A stretch of DNA of 52,305 nt from a virus. Lineage: Duplodnaviria; Caudoviricetes. Under the pieces are notes generated by a model. The model searched no databases, had not been told where the DNA came from, and saw nothing but the letters and a program-made list of their open reading frames with translations. Positions 37,584-46,472 of this stretch are shown one piece after another (position 1 is the first letter of the stretch; every line of letters starts with the position of its first letter). The stretch spans positions 1-52,305 of the IMG/VR virus record IMGVR_UViG_3300047481_000444; one strand, written 5' to 3'. The position numbers and the translations under genes are program-made.

Positions 37584-39155
37584 CTAGTACCCAAATTTTG
37601 AACAAGCTGGAGTATATCGTTGAACGTTATCTCCGTCAAAGTCAAACACTGATTTGCTTCTAGGACGCGACATTACGGAGTAGCGAAGACAGTCCAGCAG
37701 GTGGTCCAACGAGTATTTAGGATCAACATCATCAGGGTTGTTTTTGTCGAGTGGAATCAACGGAAGCTGTGCAATTAGATTGGTGCAGTTGTTAAATATC
37801 ACCATCCGTGGTTTACCAGTAAACTCATCAATTTGCAAGCGTCTGTGTATTTCATTCTTACCAGACACTCTACTGCCTGCACTTCTATCTGAAGGACGCC
37901 ATTTGCATCCCTTCAAAATCATCCGCTCTGCAATTGATGGTCCAGTATCTCCGCGCTTGTGCCAGCACGAACTATCCAACACACCATATCTTATCTTCTC
38001 GCCTTCTTCAGCATTCAGCACCATTGTTGCCAAATCTTCAGCGAGCACCTTTGTCACATATAGTTCTCTATAGCACACTAGCGACTCATCAGGAGCTACA
38101 GCAAACCAAAGAACTGCCGACCAGCTTCCATAACCATAGTCGCAGCCTCTGAATCTAGGCCAATCAGCAGGGATGCGATAAGGCTCAACAACGTGAATGC
38201 GCCGATTAAATTCAGGAAAAGCCGCACCTTCAGCAATGTCCCAGTCACCATAGAGAAGCTGCCTTCGTTGTGTCTCAGGTAGTGACAGCAGCATTGCTTC
38301 GTAGTCCCCGTTGCTGTACAGATAGGGGTTGTCCTTCAGCGTTGCTGGGATGAACCGACGCTTAAACAGCGGCTGTCCTTCCTTGTCGTGTCCTTTCGGA
38401 TACGTCAACGTCTCGCCTGTCTCAATGTCAGTGGCCCAAAAAGGCTGTCCAAGCGGCGCTGGGTCAATGAACATCTTCTTCACCCACCAATGGCCTGAGT
38501 TACCAGGGTTGGTGGTGGCACGCATGAACACAGGCAAGTCTGCTGCTGCTGTTCTTAGACGGCTTCGCATGTAATTCCATGCAAAAGGCGTCGGCCATTG
38601 GTTCAATTCGTCAAAAGCTACATAAACAAAGCTCAAGCCTTGATAGCGCAGGACGTCATCATCCCTGTCAAGGTAAGACATCCACAGCCTTCCACCGTTA
38701 GGATGCTGCCATTGCATCTTACGTTCGCTCCAAACGATGCCTGGAACGACCTTTGGATAGAGTTCTTGGCTCTTCCAGATAAGTTCTCTGAGTTCTTCCG
38801 TTGTGTGACGAAGAATCAGACCAGAAAACTGTGGATGAGTGATGTAGCGCAGAGGATCTACCAACAAAGCGTAGCTTTTTCCTCCACCAGCAGCGCCTCC
38901 GTAGAGCACTTCACGCTCAGGCGCGGCCAAAAAAGCGGTCTGTGGGCCTGGATTTGGCTTGAAGATGACGTTTTCCTGCTCCTCCAGCCCCTCTGGAATC
39001 TCTAGCCTCTTGTTCCCAATCTCTGCTGAGTTGGACGTAAGTGTCTGAATCGAAGAAGTCTGTTTTTTCTGTTGTGCCGAGTCTTTCTTCGTACTCTTTG
39101 GCCTTCTGGAGCGCTTCTTTGTACCTTCTAGCAAGGGATCGATAGTATCCAGCAC
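37584..39155 (-). CDS. terL: terminase large subunit
   Basis: PNPGPQT.FL, YGGAAGGGKS (Walker A), FDEL (Walker B), RATTNPG, LLYGDWD, DYGY, DHLLDCLRY; GTG start with AAGGA RBS. Confidence 0.93.
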   Translation of the reverse strand: MLDTIDPLLEGTKKRSRRPKSTKKDSAQQKKQTSSIQTLTSNSAEIGNKRLEIPEGLEEQENVIFKPNPGPQTAFLAAPEREVLYGGAAGGGKSYALLVDPLRYITHPQFSGLILRHTTEELRELIWKSQELYPKVVPGIVWSERKMQWQHPNGGRLWMSYLDRDDDVLRYQGLSFVYVAFDELNQWPTPFAWNYMRSRLRTAAADLPVFMRATTNPGNSGHWWVKKMFIDPAPLGQPFWATDIETGETLTYPKGHDKEGQPLFKRRFIPATLKDNPYLYSNGDYEAMLLSLPETQRRQLLYGDWDIAEGAAFPEFNRRIHVVEPYRIPADWPRFRGCDYGYGSWSAVLWFAVAPDESLVCYRELYVTKVLAEDLATMVLNAEEGEKIRYGVLDSSCWHKRGDTGPSIAERMILKGCKWRPSDRSAGSRVSGKNEIHRRLQIDEFTGKPRMVIFNNCTNLIAQLPLIPLDKNNPDDVDPKYSLDHLLDCLRYSVMSRPRSKSVFDFDGDNVQRYTPACSKFGY

Positions 39156-39453
39156 GCTTTTTCCTTGTTATTTCGTCATCAAATCTCTTTTTCAGGCCAG
39201 TGGCTGTTATAGACCGACCTGTTTGTGTTGTCAACCAAGCCGCTACTTCTCTGTATGTGTACTTCTTTACATACTTTCTTGCTTCTTCCAGTGCAGCCAG
39301 CTCTTTAGGTACGGGCTGTAGCACACTAGCATCATTTTCGTCCACTCGGTAGCCAAAAGGTGTGTTAATACTGCCTTTATTTCTGGGAATAGCAACATAG
39401 CGTTCCTTCTCTATTGGTTGAGGAAGAATCCAACTACCTAATGCTTCAGCCAT
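38917..39453 (-). CDS. putative DNA-binding protein (recombinase-type HTH-like)
   Basis: PFGY...E...YREVAAWL...GR.I...GL.K pattern; lies between the terminase genes. Confidence 0.6.
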   Translation of the reverse strand: MAEALGSWILPQPIEKERYVAIPRNKGSINTPFGYRVDENDASVLQPVPKELAALEEARKYVKKYTYREVAAWLTTQTGRSITATGLKKRFDDEITRKKRAGYYRSLARRYKEALQKAKEYEERLGTTEKTDFFDSDTYVQLSRDWEQEARDSRGAGGAGKRHLQAKSRPTDRFFGRA

Positions 39454-39808
39454 TGTCCTTTGCAGGCAGCAACATCACGCCGCCAGAGCTATTCACTTCA
39501 ATCTTCTCAGTCTTGATGAGGCCAGCTCTGTCAAGCAAGTCCTTCGCTGCACTGAGCTTCTCCTTGATACCTAGCTGTGTAGGGTCATCAATGCCTCCAA
39601 TAACGGCCATAGCGGCTTTAGGAGCGTTCATTGCAATGTAGAGCTTGGTAGACTCCAACACCTCATCTTTAAGGCCCTGCATCAGCGTTTTAGTGCTGTA
39701 GCCTTCACTGTATCCCGCCAACACCTTAGCCCTAGAGGGGTTGCCACCAGCTTCGCTGAACAACACCTCCAGAAACTTCTTCTGCTGATCTGTCAATTCT
39801 TTCTTCAT
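39446..39808 (-). CDS. putative terminase small subunit
   Basis: LTDQQKKFL...GN...A...AGYS HTH; AAKDLLDRAG..K.EK.EV...LPAK; upstream of TerL. Confidence 0.7.
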   Translation of the reverse strand: MKKELTDQQKKFLEVLFSEAGGNPSRAKVLAGYSEGYSTKTLMQGLKDEVLESTKLYIAMNAPKAAMAVIGGIDDPTQLGIKEKLSAAKDLLDRAGLIKTEKIEVNSSGGVMLLPAKDNG

Positions 39809-40011
39809 TAAACGCTGTCCTTGTTTTCCTCACACTTAAAGCCAACAGCGGCAATAACACCCTTAGCTAGTAAATAGTCTGAAATCTTTTTGATGCCCTC
39901 TGTTGTTGCTACTGTGCATTCTTCATGTGTCTTGTACGTCATTTTGTCAGAGCGTTCCAACAACGTGCAATCACCACCAATGATGCATATAGCAACAATA
40001 GGAGCAAACAT
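39808..40011 (-). CDS. small Cys-containing hypothetical protein
   Basis: MF.PIV.IC....C...Y.T.EEC...FKC pattern. Confidence 0.6.
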   Translation of the reverse strand: MFAPIVAICIIGGDCTLLERSDKMTYKTHEECTVATTEGIKKISDYLLAKGVIAAVGFKCEENKDSV

Positions 40012-40013
40012 AG

Positions 40014-40349
40014 CTACAGCCTTTCTGCGAAGTACTCTCGTGTCCTCACCGTCACTGTAATGACATCAGCAACAACAGCGCTGCCTGTAATCTTGTCATT
40101 CTTGTCCAAATACAAAGCATTAGTGAGTTGCACTACACTGTTGGCTTTGATGATGGTGTCATTGGCAAGAGCATAGGACGTTGTCGTTGTTGCTTCATAC
40201 CAATCTAGGTCTAGTCTGACATCACTGCCGCTGATGTTGGTGACGACAATGCTATCCACCTCAGCCTTGAATGCAGCAGGAACAGTGTAGATGTCTGCCG
40301 TTGACGTAGTCAACACCTTAGCAATTGATCTGTTCTTATTACCTGTCAT
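40014..40349 (-). CDS. hypothetical (probably structural) protein
   Basis: IYTVP...V.SI.V.N...L...DKI beta-sandwich pattern; ATGA coupling. Confidence 0.65.
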   Translation of the reverse strand: MTGNKNRSIAKVLTTSTADIYTVPAAFKAEVDSIVVTNISGSDVRLDLDWYEATTTTSYALANDTIIKANSVVQLTNALYLDKNDKITGSAVVADVITVTVRTREYFAERL

Positions 40350-41572
40350 GTCAAATCCCAGAACGAAAACGTAGCCAATGCTGTCTGTGAGCCGCTGATG
40401 GTGCGAGCAGCAACGGTGTAGATGTCGCTAGCTCCTGCCAGAGTTCGTCCAAACTGAAGAGCAAAGTTGTACTCTCTGTTGTTTGCCACGGATGAAGACA
40501 GCAAATTACTCTCTCTAACGTAGACAGCATCAATAATGGTACCACCTGTCATAGCTGTGGCAGCTACATCAGATTCTACATTGTCTGACGTTGTTTGTGT
40601 CCATGACGGGCCTGTCAGCGTTGCATTCTTAACAAGCTGTATTTCAAATGTTGTTCCAGAAGAAGCTAATGGCAACACGTTGTAGCCATCAGGAATAACA
40701 ACGCTGTCAAGCCTGCTGCTGTCAAGCCTCAACGACACCAAAGGCACCAACGTTGTTCCCACTGTTGTTGCTGTTGCTGTCCTAGCTGTTTGCAATATTG
40801 CCTTCTTTTCATATCCACCTTCACTGATGACGGTGGAACAGATCTGTCTCATTGTCCTGCTGCCGTCAGTGGCACCAGTGTTCTCTATCTCATAACGAAT
40901 AGGCAATATAGCCGTTGTCATGTAGACAGTGGTGAGAACATTTGCGTGATTGAATGTGTGGCAGACAATGAATTCGCCGTTGATAATAAAGCCTGTTCTG
41001 ACACTGCCAACACCAAGCCACTCAAAGTCCTGCCAGAAGATCTGCGCCTTTGTTGTGTCAAGCGTCAGCCCTGACGAGCCTGTGCCATCGAGCTTGTCAC
41101 CATTCCAATCTGCTTGAGCAACAACGTTGTCAACAACGCTGCCAGAGGTGTAGGTGCGTCGCACCATGCGAAGGGCTGTGCCACTTCGTTCAAAGAACAC
41201 ACCATTGTTAACACCAAAATAGCCAACACGACAACGTAGATTAGCATGTGCTGTCGGCATGACAAAGGTGTTCATCACCAGCAAGGACTTCCCTGGCTGA
41301 TATGCAAACACCCTCTTTGTTTCACGAACTACTTTGTCACCGCTGGCACTTGTGACATTAAGAAGGACAGAAGATTCGTCAGAAGAATAAGTAACAGTAG
41401 CACTACCAGATATAGCTTCATCAAAATCAGCACTTTTTGCGTATCTGTTTTGGCTGTCAAATAGTGTGACCGGAGGACTAATCCTAGCCCTACCAAAAGC
41501 ATCAGCGCTAGTACCACCAATAGAGACAGGCTCATTTAGTGTTACCAGCGCTGGGTAGCTTGTTAGACTCAT
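40346..41572 (-). CDS. putative structural protein
   Basis: 408 aa; DAFGR.R.S.P.TLFD, YQPGKS, WNGDKLDGTG.SG, EWLGVG.VR.GF motifs. Confidence 0.7.
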   Translation of the reverse strand: MSLTSYPALVTLNEPVSIGGTSADAFGRARISPPVTLFDSQNRYAKSADFDEAISGSATVTYSSDESSVLLNVTSASGDKVVRETKRVFAYQPGKSLLVMNTFVMPTAHANLRCRVGYFGVNNGVFFERSGTALRMVRRTYTSGSVVDNVVAQADWNGDKLDGTGSSGLTLDTTKAQIFWQDFEWLGVGSVRTGFIINGEFIVCHTFNHANVLTTVYMTTAILPIRYEIENTGATDGSRTMRQICSTVISEGGYEKKAILQTARTATATTVGTTLVPLVSLRLDSSRLDSVVIPDGYNVLPLASSGTTFEIQLVKNATLTGPSWTQTTSDNVESDVAATAMTGGTIIDAVYVRESNLLSSSVANNREYNFALQFGRTLAGASDIYTVAARTISGSQTALATFSFWDLT

Positions 41573-42250
41573 TTACTTCTTCATCCGACGAGCTTCAGAC
41601 AGCCCAATTGCAACAGCCTGCTTAGGGCTCTTCACAACCTTGCCGCCTTTGCCGCTGTGCAAGGTGCCTTCTTTGAATTCCTTCATCACCTTGCCGACCT
41701 TCTTCTGAGCCATGCCGCCCATAGCGAATTCATCGGGACGACGTTTAAGCCGTGTGTTGATGTCTTCAATACGAGATTCGAGATAATTCATACGCGAATC
41801 CCAAGCAGCAGCAGCGTCTTTGTTACCTTGTCCTGGTTTAACGTATTTGTCATCCATGACCCGTGTTTTGTCTTCCATGCTACCAGCACGCAAAGGACGA
41901 ACAACACCTCTACTTGCAGCGATTTCAAAAATATTTCGGTCAGGACGCTTGAGTTTCTCGCGTTGAGCCATTAGACGTTCTCGCTCTTCAAGCAAACTTC
42001 TGCGGTTTGTCAAATCGCTTTGCTTGTTTTTGTCTTCTTTCTTAACAGCACCACCTTTAGCGAATTCAGGATTGGGCATGATTTCGTCATACCTCTGTCC
42101 CATCTTACGCAGCATTTCCTCTTCCTGCATCTTGTTACGGAAGTAGGCTTTGTCCTTCTCACTCATGGTGTCTTCAGGACGCATTTTCTTTGCAGGCGCA
42201 ACAGGGGCCTTCTTAGCCTCTGGCTTCTTCTTGGATGGAGATGTAGCCAT
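41573..42250 (-). CDS. basic protein with two xxGG tags and a C-terminal DUF6496-like segment
   Basis: FAKGGAV, FAMGGMA; KVMKEFKEGTLHSGKGGKVVKSPKQAVAIGLSEARR. Confidence 0.65.
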   Translation of the reverse strand: MATSPSKKKPEAKKAPVAPAKKMRPEDTMSEKDKAYFRNKMQEEEMLRKMGQRYDEIMPNPEFAKGGAVKKEDKNKQSDLTNRRSLLEERERLMAQREKLKRPDRNIFEIAASRGVVRPLRAGSMEDKTRVMDDKYVKPGQGNKDAAAAWDSRMNYLESRIEDINTRLKRRPDEFAMGGMAQKKVGKVMKEFKEGTLHSGKGGKVVKSPKQAVAIGLSEARRMKK

Positions 42251-42252
42251 GT

Positions 42253-42783
42253 TTATTTCCTCTTCTTTGTCATACCGCCTTTGGCAAGACCGATAACATC
42301 TTCTCTGTCCATGATGTCTCGTTGCTTGTCAAGGTCTTTCTCATATTCTTCTTGAAGACGTCTGCGCTTTCTTCCTTCTTTGGCATTGTCGTAAAGAGCT
42401 TTGCCTGTAGCGCCAACAGCATAACCAGCACCAGCAGCGCCACCAAGATAGCCTAGTCTGCTGCCAGTGCGAAGAGCACCTCTAACAGCCGCTGCTTTTG
42501 TCTGCTTTTTACTGAAGGCTTCCTGTGCTGGTGTAAGACCTTCCTTTACTTTACCGCTGATGCCTTTACGAAGACGCTCAGTGTCCGTCTTTTGAGATTT
42601 AACAACGTCTTCTTTAACATCAGCCGCCCAACGATTGGCATTACTTTCGCCAGGAGAGCGGTTGGGCTTAGAGCCTGTGCTTTTGACATTACGCTGAACA
42701 GGCTTCTCTTCACCAAAGCGTTTACCAGAGCCTGCTGTTTCTTCTTTCAGCTTAGCTTTGGCTTTCTTCACAGGGTTAGCCAT
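42253..42783 (-). CDS. basic hypothetical protein with a C-terminal xxGG tag
   Basis: Lys/Arg-rich; ends LAKGGMTKKRK. Confidence 0.65.
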   Translation of the reverse strand: MANPVKKAKAKLKEETAGSGKRFGEEKPVQRNVKSTGSKPNRSPGESNANRWAADVKEDVVKSQKTDTERLRKGISGKVKEGLTPAQEAFSKKQTKAAAVRGALRTGSRLGYLGGAAGAGYAVGATGKALYDNAKEGRKRRRLQEEYEKDLDKQRDIMDREDVIGLAKGGMTKKRK

Positions 42784-42785
42784 GT

Positions 42786-42950
42786 TTATTCCCTCTTCTT
42801 AGGAACACCAACAGCAATCATAATGGCAACACTTCCTTTGCCACCACGCTGAGGCTTTTTAGCCTTGTCCTTCATCATGCACTTACCTGCCTTCTTGCAA
42901 GCAGCGGGATTGGGACAGCCCTCGCAGGGCATGAACTTCTTTGCAGGCAT
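42786..42950 (-). CDS. small basic Cys-containing protein
   Basis: GAGG RBS; MPAKKFMPCEGCPNPAACKKAGKC. Confidence 0.6.
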   Translation of the reverse strand: MPAKKFMPCEGCPNPAACKKAGKCMMKDKAKKPQRGGKGSVAIMIAVGVPKKRE

Positions 42951-42951
42951 A

Positions 42952-43749
42952 TCATTTCCTCTTCTTCTTAGCCATGCCACCATAGCTAAATTCAATGTCT
43001 TCTTCGTCACGGGTACGAGCACGCGGAGAAGGCTTCTTCTTCTCATCACGCAGCATACGCTGTGTCTTAGCCTCTTCCATTGCTCTGCTTCTGCCAGCAC
43101 GCTTAGCAGCCATTTCCTTGCGGGCAGCAGCACCTCTAATGGAGGCTTCAGCAGCTTCACGTTCTTGAGCAGCGGTGAATCTACGTCCTGTTTCCTTCGA
43201 CACCTGTGCCGCTTGCGGACGCGAAAAAGCCGCCTCAGCCTCTCCAAGACGAGAGGTGACTGGTCTACCTAAACTAGGCTCTGTTCGTGCCATAGAAGCC
43301 GTTTTAGAGGCTCTAGCACCTCTACCAGCAGCACCACCAGCAATGCCCAATGCAGCCATTGCAGAGCTGCTCAAGCCACCAGCTTCTTCAGCACCCTTAG
43401 CTGTGAGACCAGCACGACGAAGACGCTGCATGATGCCGCTGTCTTCTTCTTTCTTTGCAGGCGCTGCCTTTGCAGGCTCTTCAGCACGCATACCTCTATA
43501 GGCACCTCTACTCTTAGCTTGTCGAGCAAGAGCAAACTCATCCTTGTCCATGTTCAACAGGTCACGAAGAGTCATGTCCTTGCCAAATTGTCGCTTGAAG
43601 TCAGCAAGCTCTTCTTTGGAGACAACAGCCTTGCCATCAATGATTTGTCTGTTGGAAACAGGACCGGTGTAGCTGCTTCTGTAACGAGGCTTTTCTTTGT
43701 CTTTTTTCAAAGTAGCTTCAACTTCACGAAATGTAGGCAACGTAGCCAT
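42952..43749 (-). CDS. basic hypothetical protein with a C-terminal xxGG tag
   Basis: Start at MATLPTFRE; Arg/Ala/Lys-rich; ends FSYGGMAKKKRK. Confidence 0.65.
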   Translation of the reverse strand: MATLPTFREVEATLKKDKEKPRYRSSYTGPVSNRQIIDGKAVVSKEELADFKRQFGKDMTLRDLLNMDKDEFALARQAKSRGAYRGMRAEEPAKAAPAKKEEDSGIMQRLRRAGLTAKGAEEAGGLSSSAMAALGIAGGAAGRGARASKTASMARTEPSLGRPVTSRLGEAEAAFSRPQAAQVSKETGRRFTAAQEREAAEASIRGAAARKEMAAKRAGRSRAMEEAKTQRMLRDEKKKPSPRARTRDEEDIEFSYGGMAKKKRK

Positions 43750-43751
43750 GA

Positions 43752-43916
43752 TTACTTCTTTCTCTTCTGAGCAGGAGGCATTGAAGCCCCACACATGACA
43801 GCGCCGCCTTTGGCATAGCCTGTCTTCTTTGTCATGCCGCCCTTAGCCATCGCTCCCCGCGGTGTTGCTCCCATAGGAGGTTGTTGCATCGGCTTCTTCA
43901 TGTTTCCATACATCAT
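43752..43916 (-). CDS. 54-aa peptide with two xxGG tags, not in the ORF track
   Basis: MMYGNMKKPMQQPPMGATPRGAMAKGGMTKKTGYAKGGAVMCGASMPPAQKRKK; fills the gap between neighbours. Confidence 0.7.
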   Translation of the reverse strand: MMYGNMKKPMQQPPMGATPRGAMAKGGMTKKTGYAKGGAVMCGASMPPAQKRKK

Positions 43917-43921
43917 AGCTG

Positions 43922-44155
43922 TCACCTATATTTAGCTACCTTCTCAGCCACCTTCTTAGGCTGAGCAACAAACTGCTTGCCTTGACGGGTGCCCGCACGT
44001 TTGGCCCGCGTTGTAGCAGCATATTCAGCAGGCGTCAATGCCTCAATGGCCTTCTTGGGCAAATAACGCTCTCCTGTTTCTGATGAAGGCTTGCCAGACT
44101 TTGTTGTCCACTTCTGCTCCGTCCAATCCTTCAATGACTTCTGAGATGTTTTCAT
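43922..44155 (-). CDS. small basic conserved phage protein
   Basis: SQKSLKDWT.QKW.TKSGKPS..TGERYLP..AI..L...EYAAT. Confidence 0.7.
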   Translation of the reverse strand: MKTSQKSLKDWTEQKWTTKSGKPSSETGERYLPKKAIEALTPAEYAATTRAKRAGTRQGKQFVAQPKKVAEKVAKYR

Positions 44156-44158
44156 GGC

Positions 44159-44341
44159 TTAGTCTCTGTAGCCTCCACCCTTGGCCTTGTACTCCTTAGC
44201 CAACAACTGCGCCTTACGAGCACTCCATTGCCCAGCAGCAGTGCCTTGAACAGCCTGTCCCTTAATCTTCTCAAACAGAGCCTTCCTCATCTTAGGCTTG
44301 GTGTAGTTGCCTGCTTTGTTAACGCTAGACTTTGTTTTCAT
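44159..44341 (-). CDS. small basic conserved phage protein (DUF5872-like)
   Basis: NYTKP.MR..LF..IK...GQWSARKAQLLA..YK..GGGY. Confidence 0.7.
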   Translation of the reverse strand: MKTKSSVNKAGNYTKPKMRKALFEKIKGQAVQGTAAGQWSARKAQLLAKEYKAKGGGYRD

Positions 44342-44342
44342 A

Positions 44343-44594
44343 TCAACACTTCCAAGCCTTCAACGACAACGCCTTCCTTGTCGGCTTACCCTTCTCATCC
44401 TTCATAGGCCCTGGCATTCCACTCATACGCGCACAGAAGCTACGACGCCTAGCCGCGTCCTTCTCTGTCTTTGGATTAGGCGCTGGAGGCTTTAGATTGC
44501 CACCAGTGGCTTTGTTGTAGGAAGCTCTGCCTTTGGCATTAAGGCCACCTTTAGGGTCTTTGCCTTCCTTTCTAGTCCACGCTGGTGTCTTCAT
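44343..44594 (-). CDS. small basic conserved phage protein (DUF6321-like)
   Basis: W.RKEGK.P.GGLN.KGRASY...RRRSFCARM.G...SL..W.C. Confidence 0.7.
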   Translation of the reverse strand: MKTPAWTRKEGKDPKGGLNAKGRASYNKATGGNLKPPAPNPKTEKDAARRRSFCARMSGMPGPMKDEKGKPTRKALSLKAWKC

Positions 44595-44863
44595 TTCATA
44601 GCTCCATTGCTTCTACGAGGAAAGCTCTTGTTCTTTGACGGAGCCATCACCGTCAAATTGCTTCTGTCGTTGGTGCCGCCTTTGCTAATGGGCTTCTTAT
44701 GAGCAACGTCTTTGCCTCTGACATCAACGCCTTCCTTCTTCAGCTTAGCCCTGGCAGCATTGCGCTGGGCTCTGTCGGCAATGACGGAAGGCTTGCCGTC
44801 GTATTTCTGCTGTTTTTGATAATCTCTTACAGAAACACCATTAACCATCTTGCTATACGGCAT
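44591..44863 (-). CDS. small HNH-like protein
   Basis: RA.RN.AR...GKDVAHKKPISKGGTN...NL...N.S. Confidence 0.65.
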   Translation of the reverse strand: MPYSKMVNGVSVRDYQKQQKYDGKPSVIADRAQRNAARAKLKKEGVDVRGKDVAHKKPISKGGTNDRSNLTVMAPSKNKSFPRRSNGAMK

Positions 44864-44865
44864 TG

Positions 44866-45021
44866 TTACTCCTTCCATCCTTCTTGCTTCATTACTTTTT
44901 CAACAAGAAACAAAGGAAACAACAAACCACTCTTCTTTTCCATTGCGGCTCTTACATAATAAACATCAGAATGAAACCCAACAGAAGAACACTTCTCCTG
45001 CTTAAGAAACACTTCCTTCAT
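44866..45021 (-). CDS. hypothetical protein, first gene of the late strand
   Basis: GGTGAGG RBS; HSDVYYVRAAME...G...L..VE..M..EGW. Confidence 0.55.
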   Translation of the reverse strand: MKEVFLKQEKCSSVGFHSDVYYVRAAMEKKSGLLFPLFLVEKVMKQEGWKE

Positions 45022-45254
45022 TGCCTCACCATAAACGCTATGTGGTGTTGCGTATATCTTGCTTCCTAGTTGTTGTCTTGTTTGAAACATAGGCTTTCTT
45101 TGGGGCAACAAAGCCTGACGGCTAATGTTGTTTACTATATAGACCTGTGTAGGTCGGGCTGACGCCCGCCCTGTCAACACCAATTGATATCACTACCGTG
45201 CTTAGATTCTATATCAGACTACATAGCTGAGACGAAGTCTCTGGTGATGTAGTT

Positions 45255-45620
45255 GATATAACTCTGTTAGTGCTTATTAGCATTCATTGTTGTTCTATTA
45301 GAGTTCCATTAGAGCTTTGATGAAACATTAATAGAACAACATTGTTGTTTATTAGAACTCTAATTAGCACTGATGTTGTTTATTAGAATTTTATTAGAGC
45401 TTATCAGAGGTAACAATGAATATTAATTAGCATTCATTGTTATTCTATTAGAACCTGTTAGCAACATCAGCAAGGATGGACTTGCTATTAGCACTATTAT
45501 AATTTGGTCTTACTATATAATGGCTGTTTTGATGCTATTGGTAAAGTTTAATATAACACTGACTATTTCAATAACACTATCAAAACTCTGATGTAATAGC
45601 TTCGCCTACTCAGCTTGTTT
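45255..45620. repeat. AT-rich non-coding tract with direct repeats (candidate replication origin)
   Basis: 27-mer ATTAGCATTCATTGTT(G/A)TTCTATTAGA at 45276 and 45426; many TATTAG hexamers. Confidence 0.55.
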
Positions 45621-45868
45621 CATTAGTGAAACATAAGCTAAGACTAGCTCTGCTGTTTCTATCAAAACAGCCATCGATGTTTTTAGTCCAGACTATCATG
45701 GCTCATCGCAGCCACCCACAACACGCTCTAGACCTTCGCCCCACGTTGATGCCTTTGTTGCTCACCCCTGGTAGGCATCTTCATCACTGCTTCACCCAGG
45801 CGTAGACGTCCATGAAGCAGACTCTAATGTAACACATCCTTCGCTGGTGTGGAAGGACATTGGACGCT

Positions 45869-45896
45869 GTTATACACATCTACGCTTGTTTGTCAA
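45869..45896 (-). promoter_or_regulatory. sigma70-type promoter facing the late genes
   Basis: Minus strand TTGACA-16 nt-TATAAC. Confidence 0.6.
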
Positions 45897-46198
45897 CACC
45901 CTGTGCTGATTATTTTGTTGGCTGTGTTGCTGTTTCTAACAGAAAAGGCCGCATAGCTCTAAAAGGCTCTAGAACAGCTTCTACGGCGTTTTGTTGCAGG
46001 CAGCGTAGGGTGGTATAGGCGGTGTGCTTTGATGGCGCTGTAGGAGCTGTTAGAGGCTTTGGTGAAGGTGTTGTCGCTAATGCTGTCGCTCCTTTGTTGT
46101 CTGTGAAGACAAACATCAACGGCTTTGTGTTTCTCATTGTAAACATTGTTGCTCATTGTAGACAAAACAGGCGGTGGTGGTGTTGTTGTTGTCAATAA

Positions 46199-46472
46199 AA
46201 TCAATAACTTAGGTGGTGTTGGTGTGAGAGGCTGTGTAGACGGTGTGGCTAAGTTGTTGATTTTGTTACATCAGCGGTGTAAGGAATAAGTAAGGAAAGC
46301 ATTTTTCCAGATCTGTGTAGGGAGGTGTATACAAATAACGCTACCACCCCCAGTGGCCCAGGCCCACCCCTGCCTGCGCCAGCGCCGTCGCTCGATGCTG
46401 CTGTCGACAAAGGTCTGTCATCGGTGGAGCCTGTCGCCAGAGCCTGCAAAGTCTAATGAAATCAACAACTTA
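46199..46472. promoter_or_regulatory. three IHF consensus sites
   Basis: WATCAANNNNTTR matches: AATCAATAACTTA 46199-46211 (+), AATCAACAACTTA 46250-46262 (-), AATCAACAACTTA 46460-46472 (+). Confidence 0.7.
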
